From: Synergistaceae bacterium
Lineage (GTDB): Bacteria; Synergistota; Synergistia; Synergistales; Aminobacteriaceae
Assembly: GCA_017443945.1 (NCBI GenBank)
Contig: JAFSXS010000052.1
Coordinates: forward strand, 11,160-75,159
Length of the DNA: 64,000 bases
Reading direction: 5' to 3'
The notes beneath the pieces are model-generated. The model made no database searches, had not been told where the DNA came from, and saw only the letters and a program-made list of their open reading frames with translations. A program made the position numbers and the translations under genes. Of this stretch, positions 18,775 to 29,359 are shown one piece after another; positions within the stretch are counted from its first letter, which is position 1; every line of letters starts with the position of its first letter.

Positions 18775-21279
18775 ATGAGGATTTATCACAACATACCGGC
18801 ACTCACAGCGTATAACTCGTTAAGCGCGACGAATACAGCTATGGAGAAATCAATTCAGAAGCTCTCAACAGGTTTGAGAATTAACTCGGCAGCAGATGAC
18901 GCAGCAGGATTCGCAATCAGTGAAAAAATGCGTTCACAGATTAACGGACTCAATATCGCAATCAGAAACACTCAGGACGCTACGTCAATGCTTCAGGTCG
19001 CAGAAGGTGCACTCGGCGAGACTAACTCAATGCTTCAGAGAATGCGCGAGCTTTCTGTTCAGGCTTCAAACGATACATTGACATCACAAGACAGAAGTTA
19101 TATACAGCTTGAAATCGATCAGCTTGTCGACCAGATTAACAGAGTCGCAACTACTACACAGTTCAACAAGAAGAGATTACTTGACGGCAGCTCGGCAGGT
19201 ATTACATCATCAAGCAATTTGAGCGTTAAAGCATTCGTTCGCGGTTCACTCAGAGAGATTGACCAGTTCGGACAGAAAAAATCTTTTGAGGGCAACTATA
19301 AAATTAAAGTTACAGTCGATCCTAACCAGACAGGACAAGGACAAGTGCAGAAGTCAGCAATCATGACAATCAAGCACCCGAACGTCATTACAAACGTAGA
19401 GACAAACAGCAATGACGGAATTGTAAAAGTTGCAGTCGATAATTTACCCGCAGCAAATTTTGAAGTAACAGCAGATACAACAGCACCCACAGCAGCAACT
19501 GCTACTATTTCATCATTCTACGGCTTCGGCAATACAAGCGACAACCCTGTAGCTCTTGACGATGTTAATAATTACTTCACAACTACTCCTTCAGCAACAG
19601 CAGATATTAACAACGCAAGCATTTTATTTGAAATTACTTCTACGAGCGAGGACAGCATTACTCTTAAAGCACAGTCAAATATTTTAGGACTCGACGGAAC
19701 AGTAAACAGTGCCGTAATGGAAAATATTATCCTGAAATATGACGGTACAACTCCGCCAACTGTTGACCTTTCTAAACTTGTTGACGCTAAAGACGCAAAC
19801 GGCGCAGCTGTAGAAGGTGCTTTTACGATGTCATTCGGTTCTGGTGTAACAAGTGCTGACGATCTCGCGGTTATGCAGAGAGGAAATAAATTTGTTCTCA
19901 ATGTAAGAGGCTTCAACGGTGCTACAACGACTACTGCTGCTGATATGGCTGTAAATATTGCCGCGACTCAGGATCCCGACTGGCCTTACAACTGGGCAGA
20001 TAATACAGCGGGAGTAAGCGTTTTCGGCGATACAGATCCGGCTAACCCGAATCCTGACAGAACAATATCATATAATTTGAACTCTGCAGCGTGTCAGGAA
20101 AAAGATTTACATTTCCGTAATTATTATCTCGACAGCCAGAGAGGAACTATTTATGACGGCGATGTTATCGTTACAACCGACAGTAAATTTGATGCAGCAA
20201 GTGTGATTCAGAACGGCGACGTTCTCTCGAAATTTACAGCAGCTTACATCGGCAAGACAGCAACAGGAGATACAAAGCTCCGTGATTTAAATACATTCTG
20301 GAACACTTCCGGCGTATTCATGCTTGATAATCCTCAGACTATCACTATCACGCAGGGAGACGGCAAGAAAGCAAGCGTTACCCTTTATGCAACTGATACG
20401 CTTAATGAAGTCCGCGCGAAATTCAACAGCGCAATTGCAAACGATCTCGGCCAATCTCAATATGTAGACGGCGCATACTCTGATTATTTCTGCACATTTG
20501 TAGAAAAAACTCAGGGAGTCGACATGCCCGCGCAGGGTCTCGAAACAGTACCCGGCACGTTTATATTCAGGTCATTGCTTGCGGGGCCTGCAGGTGATTT
20601 GACGTTCAGCGGCGACGAAGATTTAATTAACACTCTTGCATTCAACGTCGTAAAGGACAGCTCCGTTGCAGCCTTCCAAGCATCAATTTATGACGCTCAC
20701 ACAGGTACGCCCATTGCAACAAATGTAAAAGTTTCTGATAATCACTTAATCGGAATCTTGCATGAAAACGTTGACATCGAATTTGACGCTATGGCCGGCG
20801 TTCAAGCAACATGGAGCGAGGCAGAAAGAAACTTCATTCTTACTCCTCAAAGCAGAGGCTATGAAGCAACAGTTCACATCGTCGACAGCTCTACAGTTTT
20901 CCAGATCGGCGCAAATGAGGGCGAAGATATTGCAATCGACATCGGCAACATGTCAGCAGCTTCACTCGGAATCACGAAAGTAAACGTTGCAACACGTGAG
21001 ACAGCAACAAAGGCTATCGGAATCATCGATCACGCAATCATCATGGTATCGAGCCAGCGCGCTAAAATCGGTGCATATCAGAACGCACTTGACTACACAA
21101 GCGAGAACTTGACAACAACAATGACGAACTTGAGCGCAGCAGAGTCCAGAATCAGAGACGCAGACATGGCGCAGGAAATGATGGAGTTCGTAAAACTTCA
21201 GATCCTCAACCAGTCCGGCACATCAATGCTCGCACAGGCAAATCAGCTTCCACAATCAGTGTTAAGTCTGTTACAATAA
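18775..21279 (+). CDS. fliC: flagellin, giant form (834 aa) with a ~560-aa central variable region
   Basis: N-terminus [16 protein letters not shown]...[28 protein letters not shown]-terminus ...[14 protein letters not shown]...[46 protein letters not shown]. Confidence 0.93.
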   Translation: MRIYHNIPALTAYNSLSATNTAMEKSIQKLSTGLRINSAADDAAGFAISEKMRSQINGLNIAIRNTQDATSMLQVAEGALGETNSMLQRMRELSVQASNDTLTSQDRSYIQLEIDQLVDQINRVATTTQFNKKRLLDGSSAGITSSSNLSVKAFVRGSLREIDQFGQKKSFEGNYKIKVTVDPNQTGQGQVQKSAIMTIKHPNVITNVETNSNDGIVKVAVDNLPAANFEVTADTTAPTAATATISSFYGFGNTSDNPVALDDVNNYFTTTPSATADINNASILFEITSTSEDSITLKAQSNILGLDGTVNSAVMENIILKYDGTTPPTVDLSKLVDAKDANGAAVEGAFTMSFGSGVTSADDLAVMQRGNKFVLNVRGFNGATTTTAADMAVNIAATQDPDWPYNWADNTAGVSVFGDTDPANPNPDRTISYNLNSAACQEKDLHFRNYYLDSQRGTIYDGDVIVTTDSKFDAASVIQNGDVLSKFTAAYIGKTATGDTKLRDLNTFWNTSGVFMLDNPQTITITQGDGKKASVTLYATDTLNEVRAKFNSAIANDLGQSQYVDGAYSDYFCTFVEKTQGVDMPAQGLETVPGTFIFRSLLAGPAGDLTFSGDEDLINTLAFNVVKDSSVAAFQASIYDAHTGTPIATNVKVSDNHLIGILHENVDIEFDAMAGVQATWSEAERNFILTPQSRGYEATVHIVDSSTVFQIGANEGEDIAIDIGNMSAASLGITKVNVATRETATKAIGIIDHAIIMVSSQRAKIGAYQNALDYTSENLTTTMTNLSAAESRIRDADMAQEMMEFVKLQILNQSGTSMLAQANQLPQSVLSLLQ

Positions 21280-21320
21280 TAAAGTCAAAGGTATTTGTAC
21301 TCATAAAAACTCCAATCTTT

Positions 21321-21351
21321 AGATCCGGAATCAAATCCGGGTCTTTTTTTT
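21321..21351 (+). terminator. intrinsic terminator after flagellin
   Basis: AGATCCGGA pairs with TCCGGGTCT (one G.U pair), followed by T8. Confidence 0.7.
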
Positions 21352-21425
21352 GTGTATGCATGTATATTTTGTTGTATAATAATCCCGATTTCATTTATAT
21401 ATTATTTAGGAGGAAATTTTTTATT

Positions 21426-22442
21426 ATGGCTGTACGAGTTGCAATTAACGGCTTTGGCAGAATCGGAAGACTTGCATTCCGTCAGATGTTCGACGCAGAA
21501 GGATACGAAGTTGTCGCTATCAATGACCTTGTAAAACCCTCAATGCTTGCTCACCTTCTTAAATATGACACGACTCACGGAAGTTACAAGAAAAATAGCA
21601 TTACCGCCGATGACGAGGCCGGAAAAATCACAGTAGACGGCAAAGACATTACTATTTACGCAAAACCCAAAGCAGAAGAACTCCCATGGGGCGAGCTTAA
21701 AATCGATGTAGTTCTTGAGTGCTCCGGATTCTACGCGTCAAAGGAAAAAGCACAGGCCCATATCACAGCAGGCGCACGCAAAGTAGTTATCTCCGCACCC
21801 GCAGGAAATGATTTACCGACAATTGTCTATAACGTCAACCACAAGACACTCAAGGCCAGCGACACAATTATTTCTGCTGCATCATGCACAACTAACTGCC
21901 TTGCACCTATGGCAAAAGCTCTTAACGATTTAGCTCCTATCGTATCAGGCTTCATGACAACAGTACACGCTTATACAGGCGACCAGATGATTCTTGACGG
22001 CCCTCACAGAAAAGGTGATTTACGCCGCGCAAGAGCAGCAGCCTGCAACATCGTCCCGAACTCAACCGGTGCAGCAAAGGCTATCGGACTCGTTATTCCT
22101 GAATTAGCAGGCAAACTTGACGGAGCAGCACAGAGAGTCCCGACTCCTACAGGATCAACAACGATTCTTGACGCAGTTGTCAAAGGCTCATGGACAAAAG
22201 AGCAGGTCAACGAGCAAATGAAGAAAGAAGAAACAGAGTCATTCGAGTACAACACAGATCAGATCGTTTCTTCCGATATTATTGACAGCACAGCAGGCTC
22301 AATCTTTGACGCAACACAGACAAAGTGCAAGCCCGCCGGAGATGATTTAACCCTCGTTCAGGTCGTATCTTGGTATGACAACGAAAATTCATACACAACC
22401 CAGATGGTAAGAACAATTAAATATTTCTCCGAGCTGAAATAA
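21426..22442 (+). CDS. gap: type I glyceraldehyde-3-phosphate dehydrogenase
   Basis: [15 protein letters not shown] and the active site SCTTNCLAP. The ATG at 21426 has AGGAGG upstream. The track start at 21360 is an AT-rich extension. Confidence 0.95.
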   Translation: MAVRVAINGFGRIGRLAFRQMFDAEGYEVVAINDLVKPSMLAHLLKYDTTHGSYKKNSITADDEAGKITVDGKDITIYAKPKAEELPWGELKIDVVLECSGFYASKEKAQAHITAGARKVVISAPAGNDLPTIVYNVNHKTLKASDTIISAASCTTNCLAPMAKALNDLAPIVSGFMTTVHAYTGDQMILDGPHRKGDLRRARAAACNIVPNSTGAAKAIGLVIPELAGKLDGAAQRVPTPTGSTTILDAVVKGSWTKEQVNEQMKKEETESFEYNTDQIVSSDIIDSTAGSIFDATQTKCKPAGDDLTLVQVVSWYDNENSYTTQMVRTIKYFSELK

Positions 22443-22468
22443 GCAAATTTTTTAGCATTGATTAAATT

Positions 22469-22502
22469 CTCCTGCCTGAGTCGAATCGGGCGGGAGTTTT
22501 TT
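22469..22502 (+). terminator. intrinsic terminator after gap
   Basis: CTCCTGCC (22469-22476) pairs with GGCGGGAG (22489-22496), followed by T6. Confidence 0.6.
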
Positions 22503-22552
22503 ATTTTGCGCTATAATATTTAAAATTTTTATTGGGAGATGAAAATTTATTC

Positions 22553-23680
22553 ATGAAATTATTTCAGAGTCTGATGGGATTCATTTCGGCTGTAGTGCTT
22601 TGCGTTGTGCTGCATGTCGCAAGTAATATGTTTATTCCGCTTGTTATTGCATGGTTTATTTTACAAATTCTGCGTCCTGTCATAAAAATCGGCAAAACTT
22701 TAAGGCTTAATCCGTGGCTTAATATTACGCTTGTATTTGCGACTCTCACTATTGCGGGACTCGTAGGATTTAAATTTGTTGCTGTTCAGGTTGTCGAGTT
22801 CGGGCGGGTCTATGACGCTTATTCAGATAAATTAATAGAATGGTTCATCAATCTGCTAAAAACTTTGAGTATTCCTCCTGAAGCCGTGAAAAATTTTAAT
22901 TGGATGGGATTATTGCAGGACAACGCTAGAAATATTTCAGAATTAGTTATCGCCCTATCAAGCAAATTTGTATTGACGCTGGTTTTCTTGATGTTCATGA
23001 TGTTAGAGGCTCCATACTTGCAGGAAAAAATAAATAAAGCCTTTGGACGCAATGCAGAGAGAGTCCAGAAAATTTTAAGCACTATTTCAGAACAGGTCAG
23101 CCGTTATTTAGGGACTCTTGCATTAATCAGCTTTGTTACGGGCGTTTGTGCGTGGATTGTCTTAACCGTTCTTGATGTGAGACTTGCTGCGGGCTGGGGT
23201 GTCTTGACGTTTTTGTTAAATTTCATTCCGACAGTAGGTTCAATTATTGCGACGATTCCGCCGGTTGTTATGGCAGTGATTCAATTTTCGCCGGGGTTGT
23301 TCAAGCCTGTATTAGTTCTTGTTTCACTCACAACGATTCAATTGACGATCGGAAATATTATCACACCCAAAGTAATGGGCGACAGGCTCGGAGTTAGTCC
23401 CGTTGTAATATTGCTTTCACTATTATTATGGGGAATGATATGGGGGATTCCGGGTGCTTTATTGTCAACGCCGATAGTCTCAATTATAAAAATTGTCTGC
23501 GAAAATATACCGTCATTGAATTTTATAGCGGTCTTAATCGGCAGCGGAGATTTTGTGAGAAGGAGTCCGGTAATTACTGAGAAAAACTCAAGAGTCCCCG
23601 AAATTACTTCAGCCGTGAAAGAAAAAATTGCCAACGCAGCAAAGAAAATCGGCAGAAAGAGTCAAGAGAAACGCAAATAA
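22553..23680 (+). CDS. AI-2E family (UPF0118/PerM-like) membrane transporter
   Basis: Multi-TM protein with the typical C-terminal core ...FIPTVGSIIATIPPVVMA...VSPVVILLSLLLWGMIWGIPGALLSTPI. The start could be TTG 22532 or ATG 22553. Confidence 0.75.
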   Translation: MKLFQSLMGFISAVVLCVVLHVASNMFIPLVIAWFILQILRPVIKIGKTLRLNPWLNITLVFATLTIAGLVGFKFVAVQVVEFGRVYDAYSDKLIEWFINLLKTLSIPPEAVKNFNWMGLLQDNARNISELVIALSSKFVLTLVFLMFMMLEAPYLQEKINKAFGRNAERVQKILSTISEQVSRYLGTLALISFVTGVCAWIVLTVLDVRLAAGWGVLTFLLNFIPTVGSIIATIPPVVMAVIQFSPGLFKPVLVLVSLTTIQLTIGNIITPKVMGDRLGVSPVVILLSLLLWGMIWGIPGALLSTPIVSIIKIVCENIPSLNFIAVLIGSGDFVRRSPVITEKNSRVPEITSAVKEKIANAAKKIGRKSQEKRK

Positions 23681-23726
23681 AACTTGACTAATTATAAATC
23701 AGTCTCTAAAATATTTCACGGATTGA

Positions 23727-23800
23727 GGCGGTATAGCCAAGCGGTAAGGCAGAGGACTGCAAATCATTTAACCCCTGTTCTATTCTGGGTGCCGCCTCCA
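23727..23800 (+). tRNA. tRNA-Cys (GCA), with one mismatch each in the anticodon and T stems
   Basis: GGCGGTATAGCCAAGCGGTAAGGCAGAGGACTGCAAATCATT...GCCGCCTCCA. It has a U73 discriminator and an encoded CCA. The anticodon loop is CTGCAAA. Confidence 0.7.
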
Positions 23801-23885
23801 GATTTAAATCATTTCACAAATAATAAATTCCAATCTTTATGTTATACTGACTTCACAAATAATTTATCAGGAGGAAAATTTTTAC

Positions 23886-24575
23886 ATGTTAGGCTATGGG
23901 CTTGACCCGACAATAATTATTGTAATACCGGCTTTATTATTATCGATGTGGGCGCAGTCGCGTGTGAGTTCGACATTTAATCAATTCAGCCGCGTACAGG
24001 CTCGCAGCAATGTTACAGCCGACAACGTTGCAAGAATGTTATTAACTCTTTACGGAATGGGAAATATGCCTATAAATCACGTTTCGGGATCTCTAACGGA
24101 TCACTATGACCCACGCAACAGGACTCTAAATCTTTCCGACAGCGTTTATAATTCACGGAGTATAGCGTCAATCGGTGTAGCAGCTCACGAGGTCGGGCAC
24201 GCGATTCAGCATTTAGAGTCATATTCGCCGTTGATATTCAGAAATTCAATAGTTCCCGCCGTAAATCTTGCGTCAAGTGCTTCAATACCGTTATTTATGA
24301 TAGGGCTTATTATGGGCAGCATGACACTTGTAAATATCGGGATAATTTTATTCACGGGGACTCTGATATTTCATCTTGTTACATTGCCGGTGGAGATTAA
24401 CGCGAGTTCGAGAGCATTGAAATTATTAGAGCAGACTCACACGTTAGACTCGCAGGAATTATCGGGCGCAAAAAAAGTATTGACTGCAGCAGCATGGACT
24501 TATATATCGGCGGCTTTGATGTCGGTCTTACAGCTGGTAAGGTTATTGATGATTCGTAATTCACGGAGGCGTTAA
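23886..24575 (+). CDS. YugP-like membrane zinc metallopeptidase (Zn_peptidase_2 family)
   Basis: It aligns with the YugP pattern along its length: HYDPRNRTLNLSDSVY, AAHEVGHAIQH, LPVEINASSRA. Confidence 0.8.
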   Translation: MLGYGLDPTIIIVIPALLLSMWAQSRVSSTFNQFSRVQARSNVTADNVARMLLTLYGMGNMPINHVSGSLTDHYDPRNRTLNLSDSVYNSRSIASIGVAAHEVGHAIQHLESYSPLIFRNSIVPAVNLASSASIPLFMIGLIMGSMTLVNIGIILFTGTLIFHLVTLPVEINASSRALKLLEQTHTLDSQELSGAKKVLTAAAWTYISAALMSVLQLVRLLMIRNSRRR

Positions 24576-24576
24576 T

Positions 24577-25899
24577 TTGCGCGGAATTGAAGCAGCTTTA
24601 AAGATTTTGACGGAAAATAAAGACTCCGGCCCCTTTGCGTCAGAGTCTCTCCGAAAACTTGCAGACCGTGAAAAAATGAAAGCTCCTGATATAACGCTTG
24701 CATCGTCGTTGATTTATATAGTAATGCGCAGGCGTGAGCTATGGGAAAAAATTGCAGATGAATATTTGCGCGCAAAAGAGTCCCTTCCTCCCGAAGTCTA
24801 TATCAGCGTAATAACAGGTGCAGGCGGGATACTTGAGTTACGCAGATTTTCTGAAGGCGTGTTAATTAACGGCATTGTCGAATATCTCAAGCGCAATAAA
24901 AATTTTGTAAAATATTCCGGTCTCGTTAATGCAGTCTTGCACAAGATAAAGGAGTCAGCCTCAGGGAAACCCGAAAAATTCAAGAAATCGCCGAGTCTCG
25001 AAGGCCGCGCGCTTTGGGCTGGTGTTCCGTCGTGGTCATTGCCTGTTTGGATGCGCACATGGTCTCGTCAGGAATTGAACGAATTATTTGCGCTTATGGA
25101 TATGCCGTCGTACTCGTCATTAAGGGTCAAGCCCGGAAAATTTGATGAAGTCATGCAGTTATTATCGAGTCAGGAGATTCAAGCTGTAAAATCTGATATT
25201 TCTGACGCTCTGCACCTTAACGAGTCAATTTTACCGCGAAATTTGCCGGGATTTGCTGAAGGTTTATGCACTGTTCAGTCGGAAGGCTCGATTATTGCTG
25301 CATCGCTCGTGAAAAAATATTATTCGGGTTCTGGAGTGATTCTCGATATGTGCTCAGGACGAGGAGTAAAGGCCGGGCAAATATTACAAGAGTGCGATAA
25401 TGCAAAAATTGAGTGCTGGGAGCTTTCCGGCAATAAGTCAATTAATGCGCAGAATGAATTACAAAGATTAGGAGTCAATGAGCGTGCATTAATGAAGGTC
25501 GGTGATTCTCTCGTTCTTTTGCCTGAAGATATACCGAGCTTTATAATACTTGACTCGCCCTGTTCGTGTTCAGGGACATGGAATCGCAAGCCTGAGTCAA
25601 AATGGCGCATGGACTGGAAAAAATTAGACGGTTTTGCATCAATGCAGAAAAAATTACTAGATCGTGCTATAAATTTATGTGTGTCGGGCGGTTATGTGTT
25701 ATATATTACGTGCAGCCTGTTGAAGCCCGAAAATGAAAATGTTGTTGCTGACGTTCTAGCAAAGCATGATGACTGTATTGAAATTCCGATAGATTTGCGC
25801 GGTCAGGCATTTCATCGTGGCAGACCCTACGGTTTATACATATGGCCGTCTAGTGCATGGCTTGACGGGTTTTACTGCGCGTTAATATTAAAGAGGTAG
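24577..25899 (+). CDS. rsmB: 16S rRNA (cytosine-C5)-methyltransferase RsmB/Sun
   Basis: NusB-like N-domain followed by an MTase core with DMCSGRGVK, LDSPCSCSGTWNRKPE and the catalytic TCSL. TTG start immediately after the yugP-like stop. Confidence 0.8.
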   Translation: MRGIEAALKILTENKDSGPFASESLRKLADREKMKAPDITLASSLIYIVMRRRELWEKIADEYLRAKESLPPEVYISVITGAGGILELRRFSEGVLINGIVEYLKRNKNFVKYSGLVNAVLHKIKESASGKPEKFKKSPSLEGRALWAGVPSWSLPVWMRTWSRQELNELFALMDMPSYSSLRVKPGKFDEVMQLLSSQEIQAVKSDISDALHLNESILPRNLPGFAEGLCTVQSEGSIIAASLVKKYYSGSGVILDMCSGRGVKAGQILQECDNAKIECWELSGNKSINAQNELQRLGVNERALMKVGDSLVLLPEDIPSFIILDSPCSCSGTWNRKPESKWRMDWKKLDGFASMQKKLLDRAINLCVSGGYVLYITCSLLKPENENVVADVLAKHDDCIEIPIDLRGQAFHRGRPYGLYIWPSSAWLDGFYCALILKR

Positions 25900-25914
25900 G
25901 GAGGATTTAATCAC

Positions 25915-27141
25915 TTGGGAAAAATATTAAAAATTGTATTGTTATTCGTCATGATGATTATATTTGCGTCGGGTGGAATAGCTGTCTACACTGTATTTTT
26001 GCGGCCTGAAGTTGAGGGAGTTGTCCCGGATCTGCGCGAACGTTCTATAGTTGACGCTGTTGCAGAGGCTGAGAGACTCGGATTTGTCGTTCAGGTTGAG
26101 TACGCTGCGTCCACTTTGCCGGAGGGCCGAGTCCTTGCACAGTCGCCAAATTCCGGCGTTAAATCGCGTAAAGGTCAAGTCATTGTCTTGCAGGTGAGTC
26201 AAGGAGGCGGAGAACTTCACGCGGTCCCCGATGTCAGAGGCAAGACTTTAGCAGACGCGCAGAATTTAATAAAATCGCAGGGATTCTCATTAGGCGACGT
26301 AATAAGAATCAGAGAACCTAACACCGAAGCAGGAAAAGTAATCGCACAGAGTCCGGCATTTCCCGCAAATATTTCATCAGGGCGAAAAATTGATTTGTTA
26401 GTTCAAGAGGGCAGCGCGTCAAACGGAAATATTACGATTCCAGATGTTAATCGCATGACCGAGAAAGAAGCACGCACAGTTTTAGAGGCCGCCGGAGTAA
26501 AAGTTCAGGGAGTAGACAGAGTTTACAGCCCGTTATTGCCTGAAGGACTCGCAATTGAGACCAAGCCCGCCGCAGGAAGTGCAATAAAAGCAGGTCAAAG
26601 CGTAATATTAAAGCTCGCTACACAAAAACGTCCGGCAGGATTCATGGACTCTGACAGCAATAATCCGAACGTAAGGCGCGTAACTAATCAGCCTCAGAAT
26701 CAGCCCGCACCAGCACCCGCAGCACCAGCCAAGCCCGCAAATAATAATCGAGTCAGCGTTCAAGTTCCAGGCCAAGAAGAAGTCTTTATCGGTGATGACT
26801 ATGTAACGATTCCAGAGCCTGCGCCGTCAAGAACTCAAGCAAATAATAATAATCGCACGCAGACTCAGACTCCAGCACCTTCACAGCCTGCAAGCACACC
26901 CGCACCAGCTCCAGCAAGCACAGGAGGCAGCAAGACAGCTCGAATCCGTTATGTTGTACCGCCCATTGCCAGGCCTATGGACTTGCGAATCGAAATAACA
27001 GATCCGTCCGGAAAGAGAAACGTTTTGAGTCGTCAGGTAAGGAGCGGAGAAAGCATTAACACAACAGCAAGCTATACTAATGAGTGTGTGATAAGCATTT
27101 TCTTGGGCGGCGAGTCAGTTTGGCAGGAAAGGCAGAAATAA
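25915..27141 (+). CDS. membrane-anchored PASTA-domain protein (3 PASTA repeats, Pro/Ala/Gln-rich linker, C-terminal beta domain); no kinase domain
   Basis: N-terminal TM helix followed by three repeats of the form VPD..G......A...L...G........(P.S)....G.V..Q.P..G. Confidence 0.75.
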   Translation: MGKILKIVLLFVMMIIFASGGIAVYTVFLRPEVEGVVPDLRERSIVDAVAEAERLGFVVQVEYAASTLPEGRVLAQSPNSGVKSRKGQVIVLQVSQGGGELHAVPDVRGKTLADAQNLIKSQGFSLGDVIRIREPNTEAGKVIAQSPAFPANISSGRKIDLLVQEGSASNGNITIPDVNRMTEKEARTVLEAAGVKVQGVDRVYSPLLPEGLAIETKPAAGSAIKAGQSVILKLATQKRPAGFMDSDSNNPNVRRVTNQPQNQPAPAPAAPAKPANNNRVSVQVPGQEEVFIGDDYVTIPEPAPSRTQANNNNRTQTQTPAPSQPASTPAPAPASTGGSKTARIRYVVPPIARPMDLRIEITDPSGKRNVLSRQVRSGESINTTASYTNECVISIFLGGESVWQERQK

Positions 27142-27144
27142 ACC

Positions 27145-27810
27145 ATGCGAAAAATTTTATTAGCACCGTCTTTATTAGGAGCAGACCCTTTAAACTTGGC
27201 CGGAGCAGTTGAGTCAATGCGCAATAATTATGACTGGCTTCACTTGGATATAATGGACGGTCATTTTGTGCGAAATTTATCATTTGGACCGGAGACAGCC
27301 GCGGCACTGCGCAAAAGATTCACGGATTCATTTATTGACGTTCATTTAATGATTGACAGACTCGAAGTAATTTTGCCGTTGTTCATTCAAGTAAAGCCAT
27401 CACTAATTACTATACATGCAGAGACAGAATCGCATTTATTGCACGCGTCATTAATGCAGATCAAGAACGCCGGTATCAAATGCGGGATTTCGTTATGTCC
27501 TCCGACACCGGTTAGAAATATTGAGTCAGTGTTAAATATTGCTGATTTAGTGCTTATAATGTCAGTTACACCGGGATTCGGCGGGCAGAAATTGATTGAT
27601 AACAGTCTCGATAAAGTCCGCGAACTTGTGAGTCTCAGAGAAGCAAACAAATTTAATTATTTAATCGAGATTGACGGCGGAGTAAATGAGAATAATATAA
27701 TAGACATTGCGCGGGCCGGCTGTGATGTAATTGTCGCAGGGAGCGCAGTATTTAAGAATCCGGATCCCGGCGCGTGGCTCGCAAAAATAAAGGAGGCAGT
27801 CAAATTTTGA
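27145..27810 (+). CDS. rpe: ribulose-phosphate 3-epimerase
   Basis: LAPSLLGAD...LHLDIMDGHFV.NLSFG, HLM, MSV.PGFGGQ, IEIDGG. Confidence 0.93.
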   Translation: MRKILLAPSLLGADPLNLAGAVESMRNNYDWLHLDIMDGHFVRNLSFGPETAAALRKRFTDSFIDVHLMIDRLEVILPLFIQVKPSLITIHAETESHLLHASLMQIKNAGIKCGISLCPPTPVRNIESVLNIADLVLIMSVTPGFGGQKLIDNSLDKVRELVSLREANKFNYLIEIDGGVNENNIIDIARAGCDVIVAGSAVFKNPDPGAWLAKIKEAVKF

Positions 27811-28688
27811 CAGAAGGTAACAGCGCCTTAGAGGAACTAGGAAGATTAATAACAGAACGCCGCGAAAGTATCGGGATGACTCTTGAAACAGTCTTTGACC
27901 GTACCAAGATTAGACCTGAATATTTGCGCGGTATTGAAGAAGGAAATTATACGAATTTTCCCGAACTCGTTTACACAAAAGGTTTTGTCAGAACGTATTT
28001 AAAGCTGATAAACGCTGAAGATTTGCAGGACGATTTTATGAAGCAGCTTGACCGGGCATTTATACCAAATTCGCGAAAACAGGAATTACAGAGGCAGCGC
28101 GGAATTAATAACATGCTCGGCAACGGTTCATCAGTCCCGAAAGGTTTTAAAGCAGCGTCTCACTTCTGGATATTTCTTGTTTTAGTGCTTGCTCTTGTTG
28201 GAACGGGTGCTTATGTCTGGTACGCCGTTAATTACAGCGGGTTAGACTTGCGGAATCTGAAATTATTTAATTTTTCAGGAAGCAGCAACAACGGATTATT
28301 TGACGTTCCGGACAACTCTTCAAACGATGTAATTACTAATTTAAGCCGTGATGTTGCAGCAAATCCCGTTTCAGTTGATAAAAGAGTCGTCAGCAGTGAA
28401 CCGGTCAAGAAGCCCGAACCTGTGAAGCCTTCATTAGAGATTCGCGCAATAAATGATGTATGGCTTAGTGTTGCATTTGGGAACGCACAGCCCGTTTTTA
28501 GACGTACACTCAGACGCGGGGACTCGATGAAATGGGATTTGAATGCGCCCGCAAGAGTCGTGTTTGGCCGGCCTACTTCAGCACAGGTTATCTTGAACGG
28601 CAAAGATTTAGGCATTGTGAACAGAGCAGCTAAGAAGTCAGAGACTCATATTTATAACCCCGACGGAACTACGCAGAAAATAAAATAA
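27807..28688 (+). CDS. rodZ: RodZ-like cytoskeleton protein (HTH + TM + DUF4115)
   Basis: HTH region LGRLITERRESIGMTLETVFDRTKIRPEYLRGIEEGNY...YTKGFVRTY, a central TM helix, and a C-terminal DUF4115-like beta domain. The TTG at 27807 overlaps the rpe stop (TTGA), with AGGAGG 10 nt upstream. Confidence 0.7.
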   Translation: MTEGNSALEELGRLITERRESIGMTLETVFDRTKIRPEYLRGIEEGNYTNFPELVYTKGFVRTYLKLINAEDLQDDFMKQLDRAFIPNSRKQELQRQRGINNMLGNGSSVPKGFKAASHFWIFLVLVLALVGTGAYVWYAVNYSGLDLRNLKLFNFSGSSNNGLFDVPDNSSNDVITNLSRDVAANPVSVDKRVVSSEPVKKPEPVKPSLEIRAINDVWLSVAFGNAQPVFRRTLRRGDSMKWDLNAPARVVFGRPTSAQVILNGKDLGIVNRAAKKSETHIYNPDGTTQKIK

Positions 28689-28810
28689 ATTTTTCGGCAG
28701 GTTGTTATTATATAATGGCCTGCTGATTTAATTTCTTGCTTGAAAAACTTTTACGCGCTATTATTATTCATTGCAAATTAATAAATCGTTATGGAGGACA
28801 CTTTCAAACA

Positions 28811-29356
28811 ATGGCAGAGGCAGCAGCAAAACCTTGGTGGCGTGAAACAATAGAAACAATTGTATGGGCGTTTATTCTCGCTATGATTATACGCACATTA
28901 ATAGTACAGGCTTTCTGGATTCCGAGCGGCTCAATGATTCCGACTTTAGAAATAGGTGATAGAGTCTTGGTCGCAAAATTTTGGAATTGGATATTTGAGC
29001 CTTCGAGAGGGTCGCTTTACGTGTTCAGATACCCTGTTGACAAAGAACGCGATTTTGTAAAACGTGTTATAGCAGTTCCCGGTGATGTAGTTGACATTAA
29101 AGACGGAATTGTTTTCATCAACGGCAAGCCCACCGAAGAGCCCTACGTAAAGAATCATGACAGGTTTAATTTACGCGCAAATTATATTTTCCCCGAAGTC
29201 CCGTTTACTGTTCCTGAGAAGAAATATTTTATGCTCGGCGACAACAGGTCAAATTCGCAGGACAGCCGTTATTGGGGGTTTGCTTCACTTGATGACATGC
29301 GGGGGCCCGTTTTTTTCCGTTATTGGCCGCTGAATCGAATCGGAATCCCTAAATAA
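28811..29356 (+). CDS. lepB: signal peptidase I
   Basis: IPSGSMIPTL (catalytic Ser), KRVIAVPGD (Lys box), GDNRSNSQDSRYWG. I prefer the ATG at 28811 (MAEAAAKPWW). Confidence 0.9.
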   Translation: MAEAAAKPWWRETIETIVWAFILAMIIRTLIVQAFWIPSGSMIPTLEIGDRVLVAKFWNWIFEPSRGSLYVFRYPVDKERDFVKRVIAVPGDVVDIKDGIVFINGKPTEEPYVKNHDRFNLRANYIFPEVPFTVPEKKYFMLGDNRSNSQDSRYWGFASLDDMRGPVFFRYWPLNRIGIPK

Positions 29357-29359
29357 ATT

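Noticed and set aside
19200-20900. An enzymatic (flagellinolysin-type metalloprotease) domain in the flagellin insert
   Set aside because: There is no HExxH motif. The only HE is HENVD. The insert is Thr/Ala/Asn/Asp-rich without a recognisable catalytic signature.
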